In this document: in pieces, positions 1-12,650 of the stretch
Layout: every line of letters begins with the position of its first letter
Position numbering within the stretch: the stretch's first letter is position 1
NCBI RefSeq assembly: GCF_036321535.1
Contig: NC_087436.1
Coordinates: 54,190,001-54,254,000 of the forward strand
Source: Camelus dromedarius
Lineage: Eukaryota
Direction: 5' to 3'
DNA length: 64,000 nucleotides
Notes under the pieces: model-generated
What the model was told of the DNA's origin: nothing
Databases searched by the model: none
What the model saw: the letters and a program-made list of their open reading frames with translations, nothing else
Position numbers and translations under genes: made by a program

Positions 1-7
1 ATTTCAG

Positions 8-102
8 ATGGTCCAGGACCAGCAAGCTATGATCGGTCTTATCCTGGAACATTAGATCTCATAAACAGAGAAGTGCTGGTGTCTAAAGAGCGTCTTCAGG
101 CA
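8..102 (+). CDS. STPG2: STPG2 internal coding exon carrying a PGP-x-x-Y repeat; two in-frame donors possible (end 72 or 102)
   Basis: Acceptor tttcag|AT at 7/8. Reads (D)GPGPASYDRSYPGTLDLINRE, then optionally VLVSKERLQA. Donors GAA|gtgctg (72/73) and GCA|gtacgt (102/103) both end in phase 0, matching the next exon. Confidence 0.75.
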
Positions 103-113
103 GTACGTTGCAG

Positions 114-266
114 TTTTTTTTCTTTTTTCTTCAAGCAGAGTCAGTTTACAGTGTGTCAATTTCTGGTGTGCAGCATAATGTTTCAGTCATACATATACAC
201 ACATATATTCGTTTTCATGTTCTTTTTCTTTATAGGTTACTACAGGATACTGAATATAGTTCCCTG
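114..266 (-). mobile_element. 5'-truncated L1 3' tail (cetartiodactyl/camelid type)
   Basis: Poly-T followed by agtcagtttaca...ttctggtgtgcagcata...tgaatatagttccctg, the reverse complement of an L1 3'UTR; similar to copies at 12.2 kb and 41 kb. Confidence 0.8.
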
Positions 267-559
267 GGGGGACTTTATGCTTCTAATGACTTTTTAAAAT
301 TTAAAATAAAATAGAAAAAGTTTAATATTTTATGTGATAAGTACATTTAAAAAAACTTACTATAAAAATTAGTAGGTTTATTAGTATTATTAGTATATTG
401 TAGTTTATAATTAAATGGGTATTTGATGTTTATAAACCTTAGTATTAACATTTGACTTCATATTTGCTTTTGATGAATCTGTAATCACTTCTAACGTCTA
501 TGGTGAATAGAAAGTAAGGGAGATTTAAAAAACTACTTTAGTGGTTTACCTCTTTATAT

Positions 560-1730
560 AGAGGAAACTCTGTGTTAAGTACTGTTAATAATACAGTGGA
601 ATTTAAAACATGACTCCTGAAATTAAAAAGCTTAAAATGGGAGAGAGATATGTAGATTGTTACTAATGCAAGATGAAATGTGACAGGTGCTAAATGAATG
701 ATCATGTAATTAAATGCCGTAGGAATTTAAAGGAAGACTGCTGTATTATGGGAAGATATAATTTGTAGAGGATTTATAGATGAGGTTGACTTTGAAGAAT
801 AGGGTTGGAATATGCATTCTAGGCATGGAGAACTTCATGAATAAAGATAGGAAAGTGGGATCTTATGAAGGACAATGAGAAGATGATTCTGATTGGAGTG
901 AAGGGTTTGTGTAGGAGACCAGCAGGTGACACGTTTAGAAAGGTACATTGGTGTTATATAATGAATAACTTTTATACCAAAGGCTTACCCCTTTAAAATA
1001 AATAATATAATCTAGCAGATTTTGGTCATAGTTTGTTTAGAGTAGTTCCCTCTCCTCTTTCCACAAGTCCTTCACATAGTTTATATTAATTAAATTTTAA
1101 TCAGTTCTTTGTTTAGGAGGATATATTTTAGTGCTAAGTTCTCAGTTGAATAATGTCAGTGTAATGACAATGAGGTTAAGTTTTATAAGTATATTTAAAT
1201 ATCAGCTCTTTAATGCATGGGGACAAAGTAAATGTCTGTTTATACATGCCAAGTGTTTATTAGATATTTTTTGAGTAATTACGTGTGTCAGACATAAAGC
1301 TAGGCACTGATAATACACAGAAGACAGATCACTGCTCCTTGGAATCTATAATTTTAACAGGGAAGTAGTGAATGAAATCTAGTACAAAACAGTTGATGAA
1401 ATGCTGTTTTGATAAACATATATCATAATAAATTTTTTACTAAGTGTCCAAAGTACAGAGTTTTTGAGGAAATAGTGATATCGTAGTCAAACTGGATCTC
1501 GAAGGATTCACTGAGGAGTTAAAAAGAATTTGAGAAAACACTTCAGATGGAGAAAACCTTATGAATAAAGACATTGAAGTATTTAATGGTGTGATAATGT
1601 TCAGGGAAGAACAAAGTTCTTTTGGAATATTTGGAATTTAGGATCTAAGGGAGAGTGATAGGAATAGAGGATTGAGAAGGAGGTTGAAGCTACATTTTGG
1701 AAAGTCTTGACATCGTGCAAATACTTTTTG
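560..1730 (-). mobile_element. Degraded L2 fragments
   Basis: Purine-rich L2-like motifs (tgtgtcagac...ctaggcactg, gcattctaggcatggagaac). Confidence 0.5.
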
Positions 1731-2817
1731 AAAGCAGTGAATGGGAAGGAAACCATTCAATACTTTCCAGTTTTAATTTGGTAACCAGTTTCATAAATAT
1801 CACTGAAACTACTTCATAGTTGTCTCTAGTGGTTAAAAAAAAAAAAAAGTAAAATGCTACCAGTGGTGGTATGTTTATAACATAATTGTATATTGGGCAT
1901 GTGTGCACTCAACTATAGCATTTAGTTATTTATATAAAAACTACGTAGGATCAATACATTCTTAATAATTTTTCAGATAACTAAATCATTTAAATGCCAG
2001 TATTTTATTTGATATATTTTATACTAGTACTTCTAATATATGTTATTCCTTCCTGTTTTTATTTAAATTATAAAATATTTTACATGAAAGGAAATTTTGA
2101 AAAGATAATCACCCTAAAATTTCAGACTCTAACAGTGATAATTCTGTTAATTTTTGCATAATTCCTTTCAGATTCAAATCATATATGTATATGACTTTAG
2201 ACATTTATATATAATTTTACATAGCTTACCTAGCTATAGTCATAAATTGAGTGTTACATTTTATATTTTTAAATTACCATTTAGCATTATATCATAGATA
2301 TTTCCCTTGCTACATAGTCTGCAAAATTAGGATATTTATACAGGGCACCAGTAAGATGGATGTAAGTCAGGAGCTGGGAAAGAATGAAGCTGAGAAATGT
2401 TACAGAAAAGTATAAAATTTGTTTTTGCCTGGCAGATACTATGATAGCACAGTGCACATAACCACCTTGAACTGCTGATTGGTGATGTGGATGTAGGAAT
2501 TAATGCCTGTTTTTTGGAATCAGTATTACTTGCTTTAGTAAGCAAGATAAATAACAGCCAAGTGAAAGATTCCTTGCCTCCAAAGATGACTTTCAGAGTG
2601 ATTTGATTTGTATTACTATTTAATAGTAATTTGGTTAAATCTTGGTTTACATTATGAGATAAGACTGACTTTTAAATTACTTTTATAGACAGATTTTTTG
2701 GTTTATATTATAAAAGTCAAGTCAATATTTAATAACTGTCTTTTAGTAAGTTTTAATATTAGGTTCTTCATTCCTTCTCTTACTTTGAGTACATAATATA
2801 GTATGTTTTTTTAACAG

Positions 2818-2979
2818 AAAATTTCAAGGGCACTTACAATTTCCAGAAGTGTTGATGTTCCTTCAATTCCTTGTGGACGGTCGTACGGTTATCATATTAA
2901 TGAGGATGACAGTATTATAAAACATTTTCCACCTGCAAGTGACAGCACACTAGGTCCAGCGTACTATAAACCTCAGTTT
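2818..2979 (+). CDS. STPG2: STPG2 internal coding exon
   Basis: ttttttaacag| acceptor and |gtaagt donor, 162 nt. Translates KISRALTISRSVDVPSIPCGRSYGYHINEDDSIIKHFPPASDSTLGPAYYKPQF, close to recalled human STPG2 KISRSPTLTRSVDVPSIPSCGKSYGYHINDDGSIIKCFPPACDSTLGPAYYKPQF. Confidence 0.95.
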
Positions 2980-3039
2980 GTAAGTATGATACATTTCATA
3001 TTGACAATTGGAAGATTGTTTATGTTTATGCATATTTTA

Positions 3040-3410
3040 GTTAATGTGACATATAGACCCAGTATCAAATAGATCCCCAAATCTCAGTGGCTTAATCAAC
3101 AGAAGTTCTTTTTTTCCTCATTCAAATGGGCATTTCTAGTTGATAAGAGACTTTCCTCCATGTAGAGATTCAGGGATCCAGGTTTATTCCATTCATGTTA
3201 CTGTCTTGTCTAAGGGCCTTGGTGTCATCTGTATCCAGCTGGCGGAAGGGAAAGAGGACAGAGAACTGCTAGTGGGGGTTTCTGCAGGCCAGGCCTGGGA
3301 ATTCAAGTTCAGGCACATGAATGCACATAACTGCCAAGGAGCCTGGGAAATACGGTCTAACTGTATCTAGGAAAAAGAGGAAACAAGTTTAACTTATTAA
3401 AAGTCTCTGT
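3040..3410. mobile_element. Old MaLR LTR (MLT1J/K-like)
   Basis: ccccaaatctcagtggcttaa...cagggatccagg...aactgccaaggagcctgggaaat motifs. Confidence 0.65.
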
Positions 3411-4039
3411 TATAATGTATAAGCATATGCAATACATAGACATTCTTTTTCTGAATTTGAAAGGAAAAAATTTTATTTATAAAAGAATTTGAGTCTGACA
3501 GGGTAAGTATTATTTACCAAACTTCACAACTGATTGTAAAAAAAATACAGAGCTTCTCTGATTAAAATATCAAACATAATGTAGCAGATCCATTTCATCC
3601 AGATTTTAAATTTCATACCTGGCCAGAGTTGAACAAAAGTTTTATTCAGCCAGCTGAAATGTATGAGTTACCCATGAATATAGATAAATCTGGTTTTACT
3701 TAGTTACAAGACTGAAGTAACAGTGTTTTGAACCTGTTGTATTTTTGTATTTTCATGAGATCTAAAGGAAATAATCCCAGTGAGGAAAATGGCAAAAATT
3801 TAGGGTAGACTTAAGGACAGGCTGAAAGGGCACCTGGGGGCAAAGAAAAGGTATTCTCAGGATTTAGCTTGACTTTTACTCCCAATACTCTGTAGTTTTT
3901 TGTTTGAACATGTCTCCATCTTTGGGTTTAGGTTCAAGCACCTTCTGAAACCATTTGCTTTTTGGCAATAGATATACTGGAGCATTTGGGGGTCTTAGAT
4001 ACTTGTTTTCTTCCTAAAGTATTTTTATTGTAATTTATG

Positions 4040-5040
4040 TAATTACACATAGGCTAGTACAAACCTAAAAACAGATACTCATGTACCCACCATCACATAT
4101 AACACATACTAAAATTTTAATCACACTTTAATTAGCTACATTTTAAAATAAATATATTATTACAATTATTACCCTACCCAGTTTCCCTCCCTCTATTCTT
4201 CTCCCTTTGCCAAAGTAAACAGTAAATCTTTATTACATATAAATAACAATATATATTGTTGTATGATTTAAAACAGTTAAGTAAATGGTATCATCTGGTA
4301 TGTAGGCTGCTTGCTATTTTACTTACGTTGTATTTTCTAGATTTAACTATAGCAATGTGTTAGATCTAATTCATTTATTGCTTCTAGTTAGTTTCTTTTT
4401 AAAAGTAAAATAAAATTTTGAAATAATTTCAGACTGGTAGAAAAGTTACAAGAATAATACAAATAATTCCTGTATACCTTTCACTTAGATCCTGCAGTTA
4501 ACACTTTATCACATTTGCTCTATCATTTTCTCCTATATGTGTTTATATTGTCATTTTAATTAAGCAATTTCAGAGTACATTTCAGGCATGATGCCCCTTT
4601 GCTCCTAAATAGTTCAATGTAAAATTTCTAAGAACAAGAATTCTCTTTTATAATCACAGTGTAATTATCATAATCAGAAAAAATTCATTCATATAATACT
4701 ATGATCTAATCTATAGATATTTTAAAAATATTGCTAATTATCTCAATGATATTCTTTTAAAAAATGGGTTTTGGTTCAGAGTCCAATCTGTTGTTACATG
4801 TTGCATTTAGCTGTTGTGTCTTCAGATTCCTTTAATTTGGAACAGTTCTTCAGTCTTTGTCTTCTTTCCCAGGTAAACTGGTAGATTTTATCTCTAGTAC
4901 ACCCTCTAAAAGCACTGAAGTCCTTCAGGCTGAAATGAAAGTTCATTAGACAATAACTCAAATTCTCTTTAAAGATTTAAAGTACAAAGGTAAAGGTAAA
5001 TACACAAGCCAGTATTATTTTTGCTTTGTAACTCTTTTTT
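4040..5040 (-). mobile_element. Old L1 (L1MC/L1ME-like) 3' fragments
   Basis: ttttgaaataatttcagact...aaaagttacaagaataatac...gttgcatttagctgttgtgtc, typical of L1MC-type 3' ends. Confidence 0.6.
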
Positions 5041-5494
5041 ATTTGTTGATTATGGAACACACTAGAAATGATACTTTTGATGCTCGAATACAGATATTTT
5101 AAGACCTGATAGGCTGCTGCATACTATAAAACTTAAGAAGAACTAACTTACCTCTGGTAAATGGAGAGTAAGGATATTGTAAGTTATAGAATGTCTCCTG
5201 TTCACACCCTGAGAATTCCCATTTCTTTCTGGATATGGATTTTTTTGTCCCAGGAGTATTTTGCTCTCCCTCTCTATGCCATACCTAGTTTTCCAGGCCT
5301 TAGCTATCCTATCATCCTGTTAATAATACCAAAGTAATTAATTTATATCAACAGACAGTGCCAATATCTTAGATATTTGAGTAAGGTATGCTTAGAAGAA
5401 CAATGGAGATAATTCTGTAAAAATTACAGTGAAATTGATAGAAGTCCTGTGGTCTAATATCAGTATATTCAGTCCACGGTAAAGGACAATTATG

Positions 5495-5600
5495 AGAGGT
5501 AGTGTAATGGAACCAGACTACCTGGGTTTATCTCTTGGCTTTTACTACTTAATAATTATTTGTCCTTGACCAAGTTGCTTAAGCTGTCTGTGCCTTATCC
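5495..5600 (+). mobile_element. MIR SINE fragment
   Basis: ccagactacctgggttt...ccttgaccaagttgcttaagctgtctgtgcct MIR core. Confidence 0.65.
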
Positions 5601-5995
5601 AAAATATCCAGGGAAAATCTTTGGTCTAAAATATTGGAACTAACAATTTTTTTTTTTTCCACAGTAGTCATAGAACCTTGGCCTTAGCTTAAGCAGTTCT
5701 CTGATTACTTTTAATTTAAATCTCAAAATATTATTCTTCCTTTAAAATTATATTTTTATGTATACTCTTTATTTGTTTCAGAATAATGTATCATCTATTA
5801 GAAGGCCAGAATAATGCCTCCAAGTTTTCCAAGTATACAAAATCTTTTTCACATATGAATAAACATTACTTTGATATATAAAATTTGGTTCTTTCTGGCT
5901 AAATTATTGTTCAATAGAAGACAAATAAGAAAATTTATTCTACAGTTCTAATAGATCTAACTTGATGACCTATTTTAGTAATTATTGAGTCAATC

Positions 5996-6056
5996 CTTGT
6001 ATTTATTAGAATACTTGTATTTATTAGAATAAAACTTGTATTTATTAGAATAAAAA
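5996..6056. repeat. Three tandem copies of cttgtatttattagaata(aaa)
   Basis: Units start at 5996, 6014 and 6035 with an identical 18-nt core. Confidence 0.95.
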
Positions 6057-9000
6057 TCTAGATTGAATTTAAGAAAACATGTAAAAACAGATTTACATTA
6101 AGTTAAAGACATAGTTGTTAATATTCAAGAAGATTCAATAAAACTTAATTTGAACTGAATTGTGGTATTTTCTGAAATCTCCATCTTGAATTTGAGAGAA
6201 CTAGAGAGAGGGCAGCAGAGCTTAATAGCTGAAGGCTTCATTTTCTTATTTTTTTCCTGCAAGGAAAAAAAAAAACCAAAAACAAAAACCACAGGTTCTC
6301 ACAGACTACTGTGAAATTAATACTGTAGTAATGTTAATTCAAGTATCATCCAAATTTCTGATAATTCTCATATCTCTTTAGCTGCTTTTTGAGATAATAC
6401 TAATGTGGGCTCAATTTCCAGATGTAAATATTAATAGAAAATATGAGAAAATAATCCAACAGATAGTTAATTATAGTGGTTCTTCCCTGAACTGTTTAGA
6501 TAACATCTGCTGAAAGTATCTTATATAGCTTAAATAAAGAAGCAACTCTGAAATGAAGAGTTGTATGAGACTCTAGCTAACAAATAATTTTTAGCTATAT
6601 TTAGTCTGTAAAGAGAAATTCTCTATATAAATTATTTTGTATAACATTTTGAATTATAAAATTTAGCTTCTCTTTTTTTTTTTTTTTTAGAAGAGCCCAG
6701 GTAGCCATTAGCAATCTATTTTTCAGAGGTGGATTTCCCAAGCAAAGTTTGCGGTTGGAATTATGACACTGATATATTTGCTAATGATAACATGCTGGGA
6801 ACTGCCACACTGGAATGTGGTCCATTAGTGTTGGAACTGGTGCACTTTGGGACTTTTAATTCTTCACAAATTCTATTTCTATACTTAATTATGCAAAAGA
6901 CATGGTGGGGAGAGTTGCATAGCCCCTTCATTTATTTCATTGTCAATGAAAGTGGCAGTTAGCAATTCTTCTTCAAGTTATATTACAACATTCACTTGAA
7001 ATAATGCAGCTCCATGCTGAGTTTGCTTCAATTAAGTCATATTTTATTTGTTAATGATTTTCCAAGTTGACAGTGACCTTGAAGGTGGTATTGTCAACAC
7101 TTGATATAAGGAGAGTGTGATTTAGAGTTAAGACTACATCTGTTTATTCTTTATTTTCTGTCTGTATTTTAAAAAGGCTTTTAGATTAAATTTCTGATTG
7201 AACATTTACCTAAGAACTGCAGAGGTTAGTGAGTTAAGTAGTTCCATGGTTTAATGAAATGAATTTTAGTGTATATACAGAAAACGGATTTTGCTGTTGT
7301 CTTCAGTGGTGTGTATATATCTGTGTATGTGTAATCTTTCCTTCTACTGGATTACCTTAAGAAATAGTTGAACCACAAAAATCACAATAATCTAAATTAA
7401 CCTGAAGTAAGCTTCTTGGACATAATTCTACTAGAGGTCCTGAAATGCTGTGTTAAAAGAATTAATATAAAACCATAATATGTATTTTTTTAAGCTATAA
7501 AAATATATTAAAGATGATTTGTCAAAATTCTCTTTTTAAAATACTGATGTTCTTTTTAAAAATCTCTGTGTTATAGTAAATCAGCATATTAGGTATGCTC
7601 CTGTCTGAAATATGTAAAATATCTAACATGGCTACATTATAATAGGCAGCTTCTGCTCCCCTAGGCACTTCAGTCTCTTGCCAGATGCTGCTCTCTCTCG
7701 GGCATTTCCACCAATGTCCTCCATCACAGCTACAGCTGCATGATGAGCTGAGGTGATGGTGGGGAGATTGGATATTCTCTCTTTGTGTTATACTCTATTG
7801 GACAGAGTGCTCTAAAGGTAGCACTGATTTTTACCACTGTTTTAATAAAACGGGGTCTTTGAGATTTTTGTCATCGCCCCTACTCTACAAGACACAGGCA
7901 TAAATCCAGTGGGGATTGTCTGTTAGAAGGCAAATCCAGTCAACAGAAAACATCCAGTAGTTAGCTACTCTTTTAACAGTATGATTTCCTTACTAGGTGT
8001 GGGTCATCATGAGTAACTGCGTCTTGTAGGATTAGTTTTCACGTTCATCTGGTTGATTTGCACTAATAGTTCACTAGACATTCCAAAATATGTCTGAATC
8101 TCATTTGGACATAGCATGTAACACCCTGGTTTTCTATCCTCAGCTCCAACACCCTCCACCACCCCAAGCAAGGAACAAAGAGATTTACTAAAATTAAAGC
8201 AGGGGAAACCTTTAGAAAAACTATAATTCAGCTTCTCTTTGAGATTGTGTGTATGAAAAAAGAATCAACAAAGGTCCCATTTCACTTTATGCAAACATCA
8301 AAGTTCTGTCAGAGATTGTTTTGGTCCCAATTTAATTCTTTAAATCAAGTAGATGTAGAAGGGAAAGTTTAGTTTTATTGCATTTGTATTTTATAATATT
8401 TGAGGGCTAATTTTTAGTGGTAAGTTCTAGAAAGTAAAAGATGTTCTCATATAGTAGGGAATTTAGTGCTGTTCCAGCTTATTTTGGGTTTTGTTGTGGC
8501 ATCCCAAAGCTTTCTGGAGTGGGGCTCTCTAGAAAGTCTGTTCTTGTTAGGGGCCAGTGCCAGTGCTTCCAATTTATTCCAACTATCCACTCCGAGAATA
8601 AAGTGGGTTTTTAAACATTCTTTCATCACTTCATATAACGGCACTGGTGCAAAGAAATCTCTAAGGTTATTAGCAGTTTTGAGAAACACTCCCTACTTAA
8701 TATGAGTCCATCCTTACCTCTAGTTCTTATCTTTCTGGGGATGTTAGTAGTATTCAGCTGAGGTTCTTTTCACATGCAGTGAGGTCTTTGCCTGGTTCTA
8801 GTCTCTGCTGTGCTGTATTTTCCAGAAAGTCCTTAAACTTTTGGAATGTGACTGACACTTTCTTTTAGTTTCTAGCACTGATAATTTATGTGCATTTTAT
8901 ATACTTCTTTTGAAATTCTGGTGGGAGTGGGGCAGATATGGGCTTAATTATCCAGTATGAACTGGAATTATGTTTTCTAATCTCTGATTGCTATTTATTT

Positions 9001-10083
9001 CATTAATATTGTTTATGATGGTAATTGAGAGAGATCGGTGCCACTGTTGTAGAATAGTGCTGGTCACCTAGAACAACTGACATGCTGTTTTATGCAGTTA
9101 AACTAAAGTTTATGTTAGGGGGATTTTATTCAGTTTGTATGTTAATTGTTTTAATAATCCATGCCTATATAAATTATATGCCTATATACTTATGCTTATA
9201 TAGGCATATTACATATGCCTATACAAAATTTTACAACTATGAACTAAATAAGTTAAATAGACTAAAGTTTACCTTTTACCATTGAAAAAATTCTTAAATG
9301 ATTGCTTACTTGAGAAAATATTAGGTCAATACAAGAGAATTCCTGTTAAGGGAGGAGACTGTTCTTGTTTTATGTTTTATTAGTTTCTAATGAAACTAGG
9401 TGTTTTAAATTCTCTAAAGTAAATACTTTAGTGGGTAGTGCCTGATTTTGATATTTATTATAGTGAATGAGAAGGAAGATGATTGTTGATTTCCCACATC
9501 ACAAAATGATTTCTTTGGCATTAAGGAACTGATCAAGTATTAACAAGATAATGAACTGGAGTTAGTGCTTAATTTCTGTTATATATTTGTTACATATTTG
9601 TTACTCTTTGAAAGCTGTACATGAGTATCTTATAGTTTTAAAAACTAGGTAATTAGAAGTTGTCTAACATCTGGTGGTGTTTAATTTAATCTCTTAAAAT
9701 TAATTTCTATTTAATGATCATTTTTGCTAGATTTTCGCATTCCCTAAATTGTACAAATCTGCCTCTCCTCCCCTTTTTAAATGATGAGGAGCTAATTTTC
9801 ATTGCCCTTAAGGTTTTAGATTGCTGATTGTGCTGCCAAGGGCAAAGCTATTCATATTGGTCGAGGATATGCTAAACTACAGGCACTTTTCTGGAAATCC
9901 TGGCTGACTCAGGAGTGGGATGGGGCACAGCAGTGATAACTTAGCTTGAGATGTATCAAGGGAGACTTTAGCATTTCCCAGTGGAACCTCCTTGACTAAG
10001 GCTATCCTTGCTTTAGACTTAAGTTCAGCATTGTTTCATGTCTTACTTAAACTGTGTCTCATTTTCACTTTTTTTTTTTAAAG

Positions 10084-10196
10084 GGTTTTTGCAGTGTAAC
10101 TTTGAAATATAAGGGGATACATTTTGGCAACTCTTTGGGAAGACAAGAGTTACCTATAAAGTCAGGGCCTGGTCCTGGACAGTATGATATAACCCA
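10084..10196 (+). CDS. STPG2: STPG2 internal coding exon
   Basis: Poly-T tract plus aaag| acceptor and CA|gtaagt donor, 113 nt. Translates GFCSVTLKYKGIHFGNSLGRQELPIKSGPGPGQYDIT(Q), including a PGPGQY repeat. Confidence 0.95.
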
Positions 10197-10349
10197 GTAA
10201 GTAAAAAAAGTATACCTTTACTATAGTTCTTGACTATGAAGTATTCTAATAATTCAGACTAGATTATGCTGTTATGAAAGGAAAAGTCAGTATGAAAAAC
10301 TCCAAGAAGTATTTATTTTGGGATGACCTGTAAGAAAATGATTGCTGTT

Positions 10350-10570
10350 CTGTGAGCCAGATCCTGGGGCTACCTGTTTTACGTGTATTACCTCGTTAAT
10401 CTTCACAAGTCTCTGTGTAGTTACTCTTGTTGTACCTATTTTATCAGGAAAAAATGTGAGGGTCAAGGAGAATAAATTGCATATTTAATATGTAGCTATT
10501 ACGCCGCAGAGCTTGACATTAGCTGTGGCCTCTTCGATTATGCAGCGCATGTATCTAAGCACTAAAATAT
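10350..10570 (-). mobile_element. MIR SINE fragment
   Basis: ttttacgtgtattacctcgttaatcttcacaa...cctattttatcagg motif. Confidence 0.55.
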
Positions 10571-12131
10571 ACTGTTTTTAATTATAAAATGGACAAAAGA
10601 TCAGAGAAAACATAAAAGAAAGTAACCCAGGATTATGTTCCTGGCTCTGGTGTCCACTCGTCTGACTACGTGAGAGATTTAGTAGGCATTCTCAGTGTGA
10701 ATCAGAGCCATAGCATTAAGTTGGAGGTGATATATGTGAAGTTTAACTAGGAAATACCTTTCTGGTAGAATAACTCTTCCTATCTTTATTTTCTCCTGCT
10801 CCTACAGTAAGACCTTAGACACAAGTCCATGGAAGGCAAAACTGAGTAACAGATACCACGTTGTTCTCAGAATCTATCATGGTTCAATTTTTTAACAGGA
10901 TCCAGCTTACCTGCCTGATTCTTTCTCTCATAGAATGAGCTGTCTCACAGGAAGTCCCACAGTGATTACCTATCCAATTAGTGTGCTAGACAGACTCAGA
11001 TGCATCTGTATACCAGCAGTGGACCTAGCTGAGGCTCTTGCTTAAACTCCCCTTGCTACTATGCATTCATTGAATTAACACTGTTTGAATTCTTGCTGTG
11101 TCCTAGTAATAAACTTAGTAACTGAGAATAAAAAGAATAAAACATGGTCTTTGTTTTTGGGAATTTATACAATATGCTATTGTCCTTTTCATTTTTTCAC
11201 TCTCCTAATATGGGAAATATACTGTTTTTTGTTTTTTTTAGTAGTTACATTAGAAATTTTAGATGTATATGTAGCTTAATGGGATCTAAATTTAATCTTT
11301 GTTATTCTGCCAAATAAAACAAAGTGTCAAATGCTCTAACTCTGCTTATCGCCTTGTCCTGATGCTTTTATTATTTAGTGTTTTATCATTTTCTTTTTCC
11401 AGTTTGGCTGTTTGCTTGTCTGTCTGTCTGTGTGTCTATCTGCCTGCCTGCCTGCCTGCTCTGATTTTCCTTGATAGTTTTTCCCTAACCGTCCTTTTTG
11501 CTTCTCCAACCATGTCCCACTCCCATTCTCCTCCTACTTTTTAAATGTTATTCTCTCTTTGATCTTTGTTTTTTCCCTTGTTTCCTTTCTTCTGTTGGTA
11601 TTTTCACTGTTACTTAAAGGATTTTATCCATATAGACTGCATTCTAAACTGCTTCAGATAGTTCACCATTTCCATAATTTGTCTGCTCTTGGGTTTTGCT
11701 GCCTTCACTGTATCTTTTATTTGGACTAGTCTTGGTTCCTTCTGGCAGTTGATATTTTCTATCTTTTTTTTTTTTTTTGACTTTTTAAAAAAAATTGATT
11801 GAGTCATAATTATTCTGAAAGATTTGATATGGTATAAAAATTGAGATAATTAGCTACTCCAAATGGAAGAATGAGTTTATAGGTTTCTTTTTGGGAAAAC
11901 ACAGGCCTCAATGATATGTGACCCTTCTGATATCCTAAATATACATTTTTTTATCCCTAAAACTGAGGTTTTGAAAATAAACTCATTTGTTGAATTTTGT
12001 GCAAGAAAATCAGTGAAGTCAGCATTTGACAGTGAACGGAGATGTTAAATGCATATTTAAATCATAGTAGTGTCTAAAAAAAAATGGCAATTATGTAACT
12101 GAAGCATTTGGTTCTGTTTTTCTACTATCAA

Positions 12132-12262
12132 ATTTTTTCTCTCCCTCTTTTTTTTTTAAACTTTTTTTATTGAGTTATAGTCATTTTACAATTCTGTGTC
12201 AAATTCCAGTGTAGAGCACAATTTTTCAGTTATACATGAACATACATATATTCATTGTCACA
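12132..12262 (-). mobile_element. Short young L1 3' tail with target-site duplication
   Basis: Poly-T plus attgagttatagtcattttacaa...tcattgtcaca, flanked by tttctactatcaa at 12119-12131 and 12263-12275. Confidence 0.85.
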
Positions 12263-12409
12263 TTTCTACTATCAATTTTTATTCTGCTTGTGTTCAGTAT
12301 AGTTCATTGGAAATGTTTAATATGACATTTTTTCCAAAATTTTGTTTCAGAACTAGAAAAAACTAGTATTATAGTTGGCATAGCCTATTTAAATATATTC
12401 TTATAATAA

Positions 12410-12650
12410 TAATAACTAACCATTATTGTTTGTCCTTACTGTGGGCTATGTATGGCACTAAACACGTCACATGTATCGTCCACTGTAGTCATTACAACCA
12501 TGAGGGTGGGTTATTACTATTTCCAATTACAGGTGAAGAGTCAAATCTGAAATTTAGAGAAGTTAGATGATTTGTGTAAGGTCATACAGCTAGTAGATAG
12601 CAATGTTAGGATTCATATCAGGCTATCTAACTCCAATTCTTGGGCTGTTA
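12410..12650 (-). mobile_element. MIR SINE
   Basis: aataataactaaccattatt...aaggtcatacagctagta...aggattcatatcaggctatctaactcca. Confidence 0.75.

Noticed and set aside
8..60. ATG at position 8 as a start codon
   Set aside because: It directly follows an acceptor AG, and the PG-repeat frame compatible with downstream exons is a different frame.
6670..6706. Strong poly-T plus AG followed by a 10-nt micro-exon candidate (aagagcccag|gtagcc)
   Set aside because: Inclusion would break the STPG2 frame, the donor is weak, and the flanking exons already join in frame.
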